From contig JAOPYS010000211.1 of the NCBI GenBank assembly GCA_025964465.1, positions 1-38,148 of the forward strand: a stretch of 38,148 nucleotides of DNA, read 5' to 3'. Positions 1 through 11,600 of the stretch are shown one piece after another. Numbering within the stretch: position 1 is the first letter of the stretch; each line of letters starts with the position of its first letter. The notes beneath the pieces are model-generated. The model had not been told where the DNA came from. It saw only the letters and a program-made list of their open reading frames with translations, and made no database searches. This DNA is from Thermoleophilia bacterium. Its GTDB lineage: Bacteria; Actinomycetota; Thermoleophilia; Gaiellales; SKUG01. The position numbers were made by a program, and so were the translations under genes.

Positions 1-186
1 CACACGGTCGTGGCCACGGCCACCGCCGCATCCTGTCGCCTCACGTCTGGCATCGATCGTCCGTCCCGATGGTTCCCACACGGATGGGCCCCGTCCAGAG
101 GGCACATCTCCCCCGTCTATCGCCTCGTCGCGACACGGCGTTGCACCGCATCGCTGCGACCGAAACGCGAGGTAGCGTGGATCCTG

Positions 187-1068
187 ATGCAAGCTGCGCC
201 AACCATCCCGGGACTACGGATCGAGCCGCCGCTCGTGAACGGCAGCGGCGTCGTCGACGTGGTCTCGGTCGACGACGCCTGGAACCTGCCCGCGGGCGCA
301 CTCCGCAAACTGGGCGCCTTCACCACCAAGACGATCACGCGGGCCGCGCGCGCCGGGAACCCGCAGCCGTGGGCTGACACGCTCGACGACGGCAGCCTGC
401 TCAACGCGGCGGGGCTGCCCAACCCCGGCATCGACGCAGCCGCACGGGACTGGGCACACCTGCCCGAGCTGCTGGGCATGCCGATCATCGCCAGCATCGG
501 CGGGTCGGTCGACGACCTCCCCCACCTCGCCGCCGCGCTCGACCGTGCCGGCTGGGCCGCTGCGATCGAGCTCAACCTCTCGTGCCCCAACGTCGACGGC
601 GGCCTCGTCGCGGGCGACGAGCACGCCACCGCCGCCGCCGTCGCCTCGGTCCGCGCGGTCACGAGCCTGCCCCTGCTCGCCAAGCTCACCCCCGCGTGCG
701 GATCACCCCGCGCGGTCGCCCGCGCCGCCGTCGCGGCGGGCGCCGACGCCCTGACCTGCGGCAACACGATGCCGGCCCGCGCCGTCGATCCGGCCACCGG
801 CGCACCCCTGCTGGGCGCCGGCCCGGACGGCGGCCTCTCCGGCCGGGCGCTGCACCCGATCGCGCTGCGCCTCGTCGCCGAGGTGGCCGCCGCGGTCGAC
901 GTGCCGATCGTCGGCCTCGGCGGCGTCGACGGCCTCGCCGGTGCCGACCGCATGCTCGACGCGGGCGCCACCATCGTCGGGGTCGGCACCGGCGCCGCGC
1001 TCGACCACGACCTGCTCGCGGCCCTCGCAGCCCACCTCGCCTCGCGGGCGCGCGTGACGGCGACGTGA
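187..1068 (+). CDS. pyrD: Dihydroorotate dehydrogenase, class 1 (Cys catalytic base) catalytic subunit
   Basis: The ORF-track frame (10..1068) carries family motifs: PGL..PLVNGSG near the N-terminus, NAAGLPNPG, ELNLSCPNV (active-site Cys), KLTP, CGNT, GGLSG and GLGGV...GVGTGA. By eye it aligns from the ATG at 187 (MQAAPTIPGLRIEPPLVNGSG) with Bacillus-type PyrD, giving 293 aa. Residues encoded by 10..186 have no family resemblance. The frame is open to the window edge, so the start is not fully certain. Confidence 0.85.
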   Translation: MQAAPTIPGLRIEPPLVNGSGVVDVVSVDDAWNLPAGALRKLGAFTTKTITRAARAGNPQPWADTLDDGSLLNAAGLPNPGIDAAARDWAHLPELLGMPIIASIGGSVDDLPHLAAALDRAGWAAAIELNLSCPNVDGGLVAGDEHATAAAVASVRAVTSLPLLAKLTPACGSPRAVARAAVAAGADALTCGNTMPARAVDPATGAPLLGAGPDGGLSGRALHPIALRLVAEVAAAVDVPIVGLGGVDGLAGADRMLDAGATIVGVGTGAALDHDLLAALAAHLASRARVTAT

Positions 1069-1200
1069 GCATCCACGCATCATCACGGGCCCGAGAAATG
1101 GCCGCTCGCCCCTACTTTTCGGGCCGCATCCGGAGCGATTGCCAAACTGGTCGCCCCACCCATTGTGCGGGCGACCGAGGCATGCGTATGATGCTTCGCC

Positions 1201-1542
1201 ATGCCCCCACGGACCTCCAGCCAGACCCCCGTCAGGTCGCCCTCCCAGCGCATGGAGGCGCTCCAGAAGGCGAACGCGATCCGCTCGCAGCGGGCGCAGC
1301 TCAAGAAGGAGCTCAAGAACGGGGAGCTGGAGATCGTCGCCGTGCTGCAGTCACCGCCGGAGTTCCTCAAGACCGCCAAGGTCATGGACCTGCTGCTCGT
1401 CGTGCCGAAGTTCGGCCGCGTCAAGGCGGCACGCGTGCTCACGCGCTGCCGCATCAGCCAGGCCAAGACGGTCGGGGGCCTGAGCGAGCGCCAGCGCGCC
1501 GAGCTGTGCGAGACCCTCGAGAAGCGCAACTCGGCGAGCTGA
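1201..1542 (+). CDS. mihF: Actinobacterial integration host factor (mIHF/sIHF family nucleoid protein)
   Basis: 113-aa product. The segment SQRMEALQKANAIRSQRAQLKKELKNG...KVMDLLLVVPKFGRVKAARVL...GGLSERQRAELCETLEK matches, from memory, the mycobacterial mIHF pattern (EQRAAALEKAAAARRARAELKDRLK...LPKVGKVKA...LGDRQRKALLEKF). It sits in the conserved position directly upstream of gmk-rpoZ. Confidence 0.85.
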   Translation: MPPRTSSQTPVRSPSQRMEALQKANAIRSQRAQLKKELKNGELEIVAVLQSPPEFLKTAKVMDLLLVVPKFGRVKAARVLTRCRISQAKTVGGLSERQRAELCETLEKRNSAS

Positions 1543-1549
1543 GGTCCAC

Positions 1550-2149
1550 GTGAGCAGCGCCGCCTCCGAACACACCGCCAAGCCCCGCCGCGTGTTCGTC
1601 GTGTCCGGCCCCTCGGGCGCCGGCAAGGGCACGCTCATCCGCGGCGTCATGAAGTACTTCCCCTCGCTGGACGTGGCGATCTCCGCCACCACGCGTGCCG
1701 CGCGACCCGGCGAGGTCAACGGCCGCGAGTACTGGTTCAAGACGGACGAGGAGTTCGACGCGCACCTCGCCGCCGGCGACTTCCTCGAGCACGTCGACTT
1801 CGCGGGCAACCGCTACGGCACGCTGCTGAGCGAGATCGACCGCCTCCACGACGGTGGCTCGCACGTCATCCTCGAGCTGGAGCTCAACGGGGCCCTCGCG
1901 GTGGAGCACGGTCCCATGTCCTCCACGCTGGTCTGGATCGAGTCGCCGGACTTCGAGGAGCTGGAGCGGCGGTTGCGCTCGCGGGCCAGCGACACCGACG
2001 ACGAGATCGTCCGCCGCATGGCCGTAGCGCGTGCGCAGGTGGATGCGAAGGCGGAATTCCAGTATGTTGTCGTGAACGACGACCAGACACGGGCGATCGC
2101 CGAACTGCAGGCGATCATCGAGCGCGAGCTCGCCACCCCGCTGGTCTGA
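1550..2149 (+). CDS. gmk: Guanylate kinase
   Basis: 199 aa with a GTG start 7 nt after the mihF stop. It has the P-loop VVSGPSGAGKGTL and the motifs SATTRAARPGEVNGREYWF, FLEHVDFAGNRYGT and RSRASDTDDEIVRRM, typical of Gmk. The GAGG overlapping the mihF stop could serve as the SD. Confidence 0.9.
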   Translation: MSSAASEHTAKPRRVFVVSGPSGAGKGTLIRGVMKYFPSLDVAISATTRAARPGEVNGREYWFKTDEEFDAHLAAGDFLEHVDFAGNRYGTLLSEIDRLHDGGSHVILELELNGALAVEHGPMSSTLVWIESPDFEELERRLRSRASDTDDEIVRRMAVARAQVDAKAEFQYVVVNDDQTRAIAELQAIIERELATPLV

Positions 2150-2170
2150 CGCGACACGAGGAGTTTCCAC

Positions 2171-2425
2171 ATGGCGATCCAGCTCAAGGTCGATACCTAC
2201 CTCGAGAAGGTCGACGGCTCCAAGTACGCCCTGGTGCAGGTCGCCGCCAAGCGCGCCCGCCAGATCAACGACTACTACCACCACCTCGGCGAGGGCATGA
2301 GCTACGACGAGTTCCCCCCGCCGCTCATCGAGTCGCACTCGAAGAACTACCTGACCCTCGCCCTCGAGGAGATCGTCAGCAACAAGATCCGCGTCGAGTT
2401 CCCGGTGGAGAAGAAGGACAAGTAG
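2171..2425 (+). CDS. rpoZ: DNA-directed RNA polymerase subunit omega
   Basis: 84 aa with the RpoZ core motif SKYALVQVAAKRARQINDYY. A strong SD (GAGGAG, 2158-2163) lies 7 nt before the ATG. The position after gmk is the conserved one. Confidence 0.9.
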   Translation: MAIQLKVDTYLEKVDGSKYALVQVAAKRARQINDYYHHLGEGMSYDEFPPPLIESHSKNYLTLALEEIVSNKIRVEFPVEKKDK

Positions 2426-2446
2426 TCCCCACCGGATCGATCACCA

Positions 2447-2487
2447 CGAGCCCGACGGTCTGAGACCGGTTCGGGCTCGTTCTCGTT
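2447..2487 (+). terminator. Candidate intrinsic terminator downstream of rpoZ
   Basis: Inverted repeat CGAGCCCGA(c)GGTCT / GAGACCGGT(t)CGGGCTCG at 2447-2479. The 9-bp outer stem CGAGCCCGA/TCGGGCTCG continues into an inner GGTC/GACC pairing. A T-rich tail TTCTCGTT follows. It starts 21 nt after the rpoZ stop. Confidence 0.55.
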
Positions 2488-2669
2488 GCGGGTGTCCGAC
2501 ACCTCGGTCATCATCTCGCGGTGCCGGCCGCGACCGAACTCCCGCTTGCAGTCGAGCCATCGGCCCAGCCGAAGCTGCAATGTGTCCAGTCTGCGCGCGT
2601 TGACTTCAGGTTCTGGGGCACAAGCGTCGATACGTCCCTCACGGGCGAGCGACTGGGTGGTCCCCTCCG

Positions 2670-5600
2670 GTGACACGATCTGCACAGCGAGTCGAAGCAT
2701 TGCCGCGCCCTGCGGTCGCTTCGCCTGTGCGCCCGAACCTCGAGCTGGTCCCGGATTCGGCACCGACGAGCCGGCTCCTGCTCGTGCTTCCCGTCCTGAC
2801 GATCGTCATTCTCGCCCTCGCATCGCTCGCCGTCGTCCAGACCGTCCGCCACGGCCAGCGCACCGGCCAGTGGACGCCGTCGACGTCATTCCTGAACGAG
2901 GCTCGACCGCTGCCTGACTTCGTCAGCACGCCCCTCGGCGACCCGGTGGCCGGCCGCGCCTGGAAGTCCGCCGCACGATTCCCCGCAGCGCTGGGTGAGC
3001 CGCTCCAGGGCGGGTTCAGTGCGACGCAGCCGCGCCAGGTCGGGTTCGGGATGATCGGGGCGGCCCCCACCCTCGACCGCTCCGACTACCAGCAGGGCGT
3101 GCGCTTCACGACCGCCGAGTACGACGTCGTGATGGATGCCAACGCCCCCGACGCCACCATCCGCGAGCAGACGGTCGTCCGCGAGCACCAGGGCCTCAAG
3201 ACCTGGCGCTGGAACGCCTACGGCCCCGGCCCGCTCACCGTCGCGAGCGACGGTTCCATCCACTTCGGCAACGGCGGCCGCATCCTGGCGCCGGTGCTCT
3301 ACACCGAGCGTGGCACGCGCATCGCCATGCCCGGCCTCGCATGGCGCGTGGACGGCATGCAGTTCTCGCTCACGCTCGACGACTCGCACCTGGCGCTGCC
3401 GTACGTGATCGACCCCGACTCCATCGCCCCGATCATCGCGATCCAGGGCATCACCAGTGCGAGCCCGTGTACGTACGTGTCGTCGCCCACGAACATCTAC
3501 GTCCGCTCGAAGGGCTGCGCCGGCAGCCTCACGGTGCGCGCCAAGGCGTTCGACCCCTTCGAGGGCGTCAACGACTTCCCCGACCCGATCGGTCCGGCGT
3601 GCGCGCCGACCGCCACGTGCGACCAGAACCCGGTCGGCCTCGGCACGGGCACGACGGCCGGCACGTACGGCGTGGCCTTCAACCCCGCCCCGCCTGTCCT
3701 CAACACCACCGGCACCGCGAACTGGACCGGCGCCTCCACGGTCTACCAGGCCGGCGCCCCCCGGGGCCTCAAGCTCCAGTGCTGGCTCGACGGCGGGTTC
3801 AGCGGCCCGAGCTCCACGGGCACCGACACGCGCATCGACTACGACGCGCAGACGTTGGGCACGGCGCAGGGGTTCCGCAACCAGCACACCGACGGGGCCG
3901 GCCAGCCGCCGCGAACGATCACGAGCTCCGGCGGCCACAACGCATCCGACATCTCGTGCTACTGGACCGGCTACATCACGCCGCGCGGCAACAACACCGG
4001 CACCTATGGCTTCCAGACGTACTCCGACGACGGCATCCGCCTCGACATCGGTGCGAGCGGCGTCAAGGGCAACGAGGGTGGGTGGACGGTGGAGAACGGC
4101 TGCGGCGGCCCCACGCCGACCAGCTGCTTCTGGAGCGCGCACGGACCGAACTGGAGCGGGGTGTGGACGGGCGGCAACGGCGCCGCCAATACCGCACCCG
4201 CGACCATCAACATGGCGACCCAGGACGATGCGAGGGCGCTCACCGTCTCCTACTTCGAACGTGGCGGGCAGTCCGCGACCGGGCTGATCTGGGACCCCCC
4301 GGGCACGCCGACCCTCGACCACGGCGCGATCGGCGCCAAGCCCAACTACGAGGTCGTTCCTTCGGACGACTACGTGCAGGAGATCTACTACGACCAGACC
4401 TACACCTGGGCCTCCGACAACAACGATCCGCTCGCGCAGCAGAACGCCGTCACCGTCACGGCTCGCGATGCCGGCGGCCGCACGGCCAACCCCACCACGA
4501 CGGCCCCGACGACCCAACCCTTCACGATCTGGACCGACAACGACATCCCGGAGCCGATGAAGGCCTGGAGCATGACGGTGGCGCCGAACTGGACCACCAA
4601 CGCCAACTGGACGAACGACAACACGATCGCGTTCAACAAGCAGGACGACACGGACGGCACGACCGGCGGCACGCAGTCCGGAATCGCCCCGGGCACCGCG
4701 GGCATCGTGTTCCGGCGCATCTTCGCTCCCCTCGATCCCGTCACGCACGACTGCGGCGTCCCGCAGCCGGCCCAGGACATCACCACGACGGCCGGCTTCA
4801 CCTACAACACGGCAACGGCCCAGAGCTACACCGACACCGTGGCGGACGGCTGCTACTACTACGACTACACGCGCAGCGACCGCGTCGGCAACCAGGCGAT
4901 CTCCAGGATGACCCTGACCGCCGACCCCGCCGACACGAGCACGTGGCTGCGCGTCGACACCACCAAGCCCGTGTGGTCGCCCGGCAGCTTCGCCTTCACC
5001 GCGCAGCCGGGCTCCTCCAGCTACGTCTCGTGGGACGGCAACACGACGACGCGCACGATGTTCTACAACCCGACCGTCTCCGGCGCCGTGAAGGTCTCGG
5101 CGGGGTTCACCGACGACGGCCGGGGCGTGGATCGCGTCCTGTTCCCCGACCCTGACGGTGCCGGCAGCGGCTGGCCGCTCGGCGTGGTCAACGACACGAC
5201 CGACAACAACCCCGCCCCCTACTCCGGCATCTTCAGCTGGAACATCGGGGCCACCAGCCCCGGTCTGCTGACCGCGCAGGCCTACGACCTGGTGTGCCCC
5301 GGCACCGGATCACCCAATTACACGGGCTACACGGCCGGCGGCTGCACGACCACGCCGACCATCGCCAACGGGCCGACGAACCTGACGTACACGATCACGG
5401 CCGACAGCTCCACCCCGACGGGCGGGACGTTGTTCACGCAGAAGCCGTCGCCCGGGTGTGGCACCAACATGGCCAACCTCGACTACTTCAGCTCGAACAT
5501 CTGTGTCACGCGCGGCGGTTCGGCGATCACCGACACGGGATCCCAGCCGGACTTCGCCAACGCGAAGTTCGAGCGTCGCGAATCGAACTTCGTCGCCGGC

Positions 5601-8600
5601 GCGTGCGACCCGATGACCAACACATGGGCGCTCGTCCCGGGCTCGACCCTGAACCCGCCGGCCTCGATCTCCGACACGTCGACCACGACGGGCAAGTGCT
5701 ACGAGTACCGGTACGCGATCCCCGACAAGGTCTCCAACTGGTACTACCTCACCAACGGTGTCGTGATCCGCAAGGACACGGTCGCGCCCCTGGGCGTGAT
5801 CAACGTGATCACCCCCAACCCCACCAGCGGCAACGTGACGATCTCCGGCTCGGCCGCCGACGCGGCGTCCGGCGTCGAGCACGTCGAGCTGCGCTACGAC
5901 TCGCCGACGGCCGGCACGACGTGGGTGACGTACTGCCCCAACCCCCCGGTGAGCGGCGGCAACTGGTCGTGCACCGTGGACACGTCCGGCTTCGTGCCGG
6001 ACGGGACGTACACGTTCCAGCTGACGGTGTTCGACTTCGCCGGCAACACCTTCATCCCGGCGACCGAGACCGTCGTGCTCGACAACTCCGCGCCGACCGT
6101 CAACACGTTGACGCTGACACCCAATGCGAGCCCGACGAAGCAGTTCGCGGTCAATTGCGCGCTGCCGTGCACCCCGCGCATCTACTACAACAACTCTGCC
6201 GGCGTCACCGGCAGCTTCGACCTCACGACGACGGCGACCGACGCGCAGACGGGCATCGGGTCCGTCATGTACGACGACATCGACGGCGTCGGCACCGCCT
6301 GGTCCCCAGCCGGGTCGGTCGACTCCAGCTCGCCCTACACCACGACCTTCGCATGGGCGTCCGGCGCGACCGCCGGCCCCTTCCTCAACGCCACGGTCGC
6401 CAACGGCGGCGGCAAGACGGTGACGCAGGGGTTCCAGGTCATCGCGGACTCGACCGCGCCGACGGGCGGGACGATCACATCACCCGCAGCGGCCTACAAC
6501 GTCCTGAGCGTCCCCGTGTCCTTCACCACCGGCACGGACGGGGCCGGCTCGGGCATCGGGCCGGTCACCGTCGAGCGGCGGTCCGGCACGCTCACGGGCG
6601 GCACGTGCAACCCAGCTGGCGGATTCGCGCCCGTCACCCTCGTGGCCGGCAACGACACCAGCGTCGTGAGCGGCAACTGCTACGAGTACCGCGTCCTGGT
6701 GAGCGACAACGTCGGCAACGTCTTCACGTCGCCGATCACGACCCCGACGAAGATCGACACAGTGCCCCCGACGGGCTCCATGACGAGCTCGGTGCCCTCG
6801 CCGTGGTCCGGCACGGTCGCGATCTACGGCACCTCGGGTGACACGAACTCCGGCGTGTCCGGCATCACCGTCACGCGGACGGGCACCGCCACGCCGCTCT
6901 GCAACAACCTGGCACCGGCGACGTGGGGCACGAGCAGCCCCGGCTGCCCCTTCGACACCACGACCGTCACCGACGGGCCGTACACGATCACGGGCGTGAT
7001 CAAGGACGTCGCCGGCAACACCACGACCTTCACGATGAACGTGATCGTCGACAACACGGCGCCGTCGATGAGCTTCAACGTCTTCACCGAGGGCGCCGGT
7101 GCGCAGTACCAGGCCGACGACGCGGGCAACCCCGCGAAGCACTGGTTCAACAACGCGTTCGGCGGTTCGTTCACCGTGAGCGTGCACGCGAGCGACGGTG
7201 GCGGCACCGGCGTCAACAACGTGACCTTCCCCGGCCTGCCGCCGTCGGGCTGGACCAACGGCAGCCTGGTCGACACCACGCTCGTCGCCCCCGACATCTA
7301 CGACGCGACGTACACGTGGACCGCGTGCACGGTTCCCGCGTGCGACCCGGGCTCGCGCACCGCGACCGGCACCGACAACGCCGGACGCACGGCGACCCAG
7401 AGCTTCATCGTGCAGGCCGACACCACGGTGCCGACCGGCGGCTCGATCACGCCACCGAACGGCGCGCAGAGCGCGACCAGCGCCATCATCCCGTTCTCCG
7501 TCGGTACCGACACGCAGTCAGGCATCGACCTCACCAACGGCTACATCATCCGCCGCGCCCAGGCCGGCATGACCGCCGGCGTGTGCAACGCGATGGGCGC
7601 CTTCACGCAGGTCGGTCCCGTCGCACCCGCCGGGCCCAGCTACACCGACACGGGCCTGGTCGACGGCCAGTGCTACCAGTACGAGCTGGTCGTCACCGAC
7701 CGGGTCGGGCGCACGACGACGTACGCCAACACCAACAAGGTGATCATCGACACGGGCCTGCCCGGCGGCACGATCAACGGCCTGCCCGGCTACGTCTCCG
7801 GCGTCATCGCCTTCTCCGGCACCGCGACCGACGCAGCGACCGGCCCGGCCGCGATCACGCTGACCTGGGCGGCCTCCCCCGGCGGCACGCCCACCGGCAC
7901 GGTCTGCTCCGGTGCCGGGCCGCTGGCGGTCGTCCCGGCGAACTCCACGACGTGGAGCTGCCCGGGCTTCAACACCGCCTCGCTCGCGGACGGCGTCTAC
8001 ACGATCAACCTGAGCGTTCGCGACGCCGCGAACAACAACAGCATCCCCAACAGCATCCAGACGACGATCACCGTCGACAACACCAACCCCTCCGTCACCT
8101 TCACGGGCTTCACGCCCGGCAGCGGTCCCAACTTCCAGTCGGTGACCGGCACGACGCTCTGGTTCAATCCCGCGCAGTCCGGCTCGGTCACGGTCTCGGC
8201 GACGGCGACCGACGGCGGCTCGGGCATCAACAACGTGCTCTTCCCCGACATCGACGGCGGCGGCGGCTCGCTTTGGACGCCCGCCGGGTTCGCCGACTCG
8301 TCGTCGCCCTACAGCCAGTCGTTCTCCTGGACGGCCGGCGCCACGTCCGTCGGCCCCCAGACGATCATCGCGACCGACAACGCCGGGCGCACCTCGACCG
8401 CGGCGTTCACGGTCTCCCCCGACACGACCGCCCCGGCCGGTGGTTCGCTGACCGTCACCGACCAGACGATCAACACGACCACCAACTCGGGTGCGATCAC
8501 CTACACCTCGGGCACCGACGCGCAGTCGGGCATCCTCAAGCGCGAGGTCTGGCGTTCGCAGGCGGTCTACAGCAACGGCACGTGCGGGTCCTACTCCGTG

Positions 8601-11600
8601 CCGGCCTTCTACGCCCTGACGGTCGCCAGCCCCATCGTCGACTCGGGCCTCGTCAGCGGCTTCTGCTACCAGTACGAGCTGCACGAGTACGACAAGGTCA
8701 GCAACGTGCGCACGTACAACTCGGCGGGCACGGTGCGCGTCGACACGGTGGCGCCGACGGGCGCCGTCGCCTCGCTGCCGGCGGGCCCGTGGGGCGGCAC
8801 GGTGCTCGTCAACGGCACCGCCGGCGACACGCTCTCGGGCGTCAACAACGTGATCGTCACGTACGACGGCCCGGGCACCAACGACGGCACCGTCTGCGCC
8901 TCGCCCTCCCTGACCGGGCCGGCCAACTCCAAGACGTGGGGCACGCCGGGCGGCTGCAGCTGGAACACGATCGCGCTCGGCCTCCCGGACGGCAGCTACA
9001 TCATCAACATCCAGGTGTTCGACGTCGCCGGCAACTCGGTCATGGGCACCTCGCGCACGGAGATCGTCGACAACAACGCACCGACGCCGTTCACGCACCT
9101 CGACTACGCCGAGGGCGCGGGCGGCAACTTCCTGTACTGGAACGCCGTCCCCGGCACGCCGATGTACTACAACCCCACGGGGGCCGCGACGTTCACCGTG
9201 CGCATGACGGCCGTCGACGCCGGCACGGGCATGAACCACGTCGCCTTCCCGTCGCTCGGTGCGAACTGGACGCCGGTGGGCGCCAACGTCGGCGGTGCCT
9301 CGCCCTACTCCTTCACGTACAGCTACACGTCGTCGCCCGCCAACCCCGGCGCGGCCGTCGCCACCGCGTACGACAACGCGGGCAACACGCGCACGGGCAA
9401 CTTCACGGTCACCCCCGACCCGGCCGCCCCCACCGGCGCGACCCTGAGCGTCCCGGGTGGCATCCAGTCGGCCACCTCGGCCAGCATCGCCTTCTCCACC
9501 GGCACCGACGCGCTCTCCGGCCTCGGCTCCTGGTCGCTCGAGCGGCGCAGCGGCACGCTCGCCGGCAACGTCTGCACGTCGTGGACCGGGTTCACGCCGG
9601 TCGGTGGCGTCAGCCCGCCGTCGCCGTTCAACGACACCGGCCTGGTCAGCGGGTTCTGCTACGAGTACCAGCTGATCACCAAGGACCGCGTCGACAACGC
9701 CGCGACGGTGACCGATCCCACGACCTTCACGATCATGGTCGACGGTGGCAACCCGTCCGCCACGATGAACCCGCCCGCGGCCTCGATCTCGGGCAACGGC
9801 AACGCGATCACCGGCACGGCGAGCGACGTGCAGACGGCGATCGACCACGTCACCGTCACCTACTCGGGCCCGGCGAGCGGCACGATGTGCGCGAGCATCC
9901 CCACCTCGCCCCCCGGCGGCGGCACCTGGAGCTGCGCCTTCGACACCAACCCCGGCCCGGCCCTGCCGGACGGGGTCTACACGTTGACGGTCACCTCCTA
10001 CGACGCCGCCAACAACAACAGCGGCCCGGTCACGCGCACGGTCATCGTCGACAACAACGGCCCGGTCATCGCGCCGCTCGTGCTCACCCCGACGAGCGGC
10101 ACCAACTTCATCTTCGTCGCCGGCACCACCGCCTACTTCAACCCGGCGGGCGCCGGCACGATCCGAGTGGACGCCTCCGCGACCGACGCAGGCGCGGGCA
10201 TGCAGCAGATCACCTACCCGAGCATGGGCTTCCCGGCGTGGACCGGCGGCGGCCCTGACACCACGGTGCCGTACCAGATGCCGTACTCGTGGTCGACCCA
10301 CGCACCCGGCGCCGCCAACCCGGGCCCCAAGACGCTCACCGCGGTCGACAACGCGGGCAACACCTCGACCGCCAACTTCACGATCAGCCAGGACGCAACC
10401 CCGCCGACGGGCGGCACCATCGACACCACGCCGCAGGTGCGCAACACGGCCGGCACGATCATCGCGCTGACCAACGGCACCGACGCGGCGTCGGGCGTCA
10501 AGTCGCGTGTGCTGCAGCGCTCGCAGACCGGCTACGCGAGCGGCGTCTGCAACGCCGGTGGCTGGACCGTGCCGGCGACGATCGCCACGTCGCCCGCGTC
10601 GCCCTACAACGACACGACGATCGCCAACGGCTTCTGCTATCGCTACCAGTTCGTCCTGACCGACAACGTGGACAACGTGGTGACGGTCGCCGATCCCGAC
10701 ACGGTGGCGTTCGACAACACAGCGCCGACGGGCACGATCAGCGGCACGCCGGTCGGCCCGTCGAGTGGTTCGATCACCATCACCGGGGACGCGCAGGACC
10801 TCGGTTCACGCGTCGCGTCGGTCGACGTGCGCTACAAGAGCGGCCCGAGCCCGAACGGCTCGATCTGCCTCGCCCCCACGCTGACCCCGGCCGCGCCGAC
10901 CACCAACGGCACGTGGAGCTGCGGCTGGACGACCACCGCCCTGCTCGACGGTACCTACACGCTCGAGCTGACCGTGACCGACGTCGCGGGCAACACGTAC
11001 GTGTACACGCGCACGATCCAGCTCGACAACAACCCGCCGGCCGTGACGTTCAACAGCTTCGTGCCGACCACCAACCTGCAGTACCAGTACTGGAACGGAG
11101 TGGTCGGCCAGCCGCTCTACTACAACCCCGCGTTCGGCGGCTCGTTCAACGTGCTCATCAACAACGTCGACGGTGGCACCGGCGCGGCCAGCGTCTCCTT
11201 CGTCGACCCGGATGCGGGCGCCGCGGGCTGGTCGCTCCCGCAGTTGAGCGACACCACCCCGCCCACGCCGTTCTCGGCGGCCTTCAACTGGACCGCCGGC
11301 GCCGCCCAGCCCGGCACGCAGACCGCCACGGGCTTCGACGTCGCCGGCGCGTCCGCGACCACCACGTTCAACATCCTGCAGGACACGGGCCTGCCGACCG
11401 GCGGCTCGATCTCCTACCCCACGCGCTACACGAACGCGGCATCGGCGACCGTGACGTTCGCGGCGGGCAGCGACGCGCTGTCGGGCGTCGGCAGCACGGC
11501 GATCTGGCGCGAGCAGACGACGCTCGCGGGCGGCGTGTGCAACGCGGGCGGCTGGACCGGGTTCACGTCGCTCGTCGCCAACCCGGCGACCCCGTACGCC

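Noticed and set aside
10-186. An N-terminal extension of pyrD from the GTG at 10, or the tail of an upstream pyrK-like gene.
   Set aside because: The extension (MATATAASCRLTSGIDRPSRWFPHGW...) has no DHODH or PyrK-like motifs such as a 2Fe-2S Cys cluster. Family alignment starts at the ATG at 187. The other frames also lack recognisable PyrK C-terminal motifs, so nothing is called here.
1087-1125. Possible terminator hairpin after pyrD: GGCCCGAGAAA ... TTTTCGGGCC.
   Set aside because: Only a 7-bp core stem with a bulge and a 17-nt loop. This is too weak to call with confidence. pyrD may read through into mihF.
2600-2636. TTGACT at 2600-2605 as a -35 element for the giant gene promoter.
   Set aside because: No acceptable -10 hexamer lies 16-19 nt downstream (AGCGTC/GCGTCG). 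The only TA-containing hexamers are more than 23 nt away. The promoter is left unassigned.
2486-2917. The 143-aa ORF overlapping the leader and 5' end of the giant gene.
   Set aside because: Ser/Arg/Pro-rich with no motifs, out of frame with the giant gene, and overlapping it by about 250 nt. It is most likely spurious.
6923-10258. Same-strand out-of-frame ORFs inside the giant gene: 1,111 aa at 6923..10258, 992 aa at 10289..13267, 1,306 aa at 18641..22561, 1,390 aa at 27878..32050, and others.
   Set aside because: The translations are Arg/His/Gly/Pro-rich junk with no repeat phase or domain motifs. This is the usual high-GC frame artefact.
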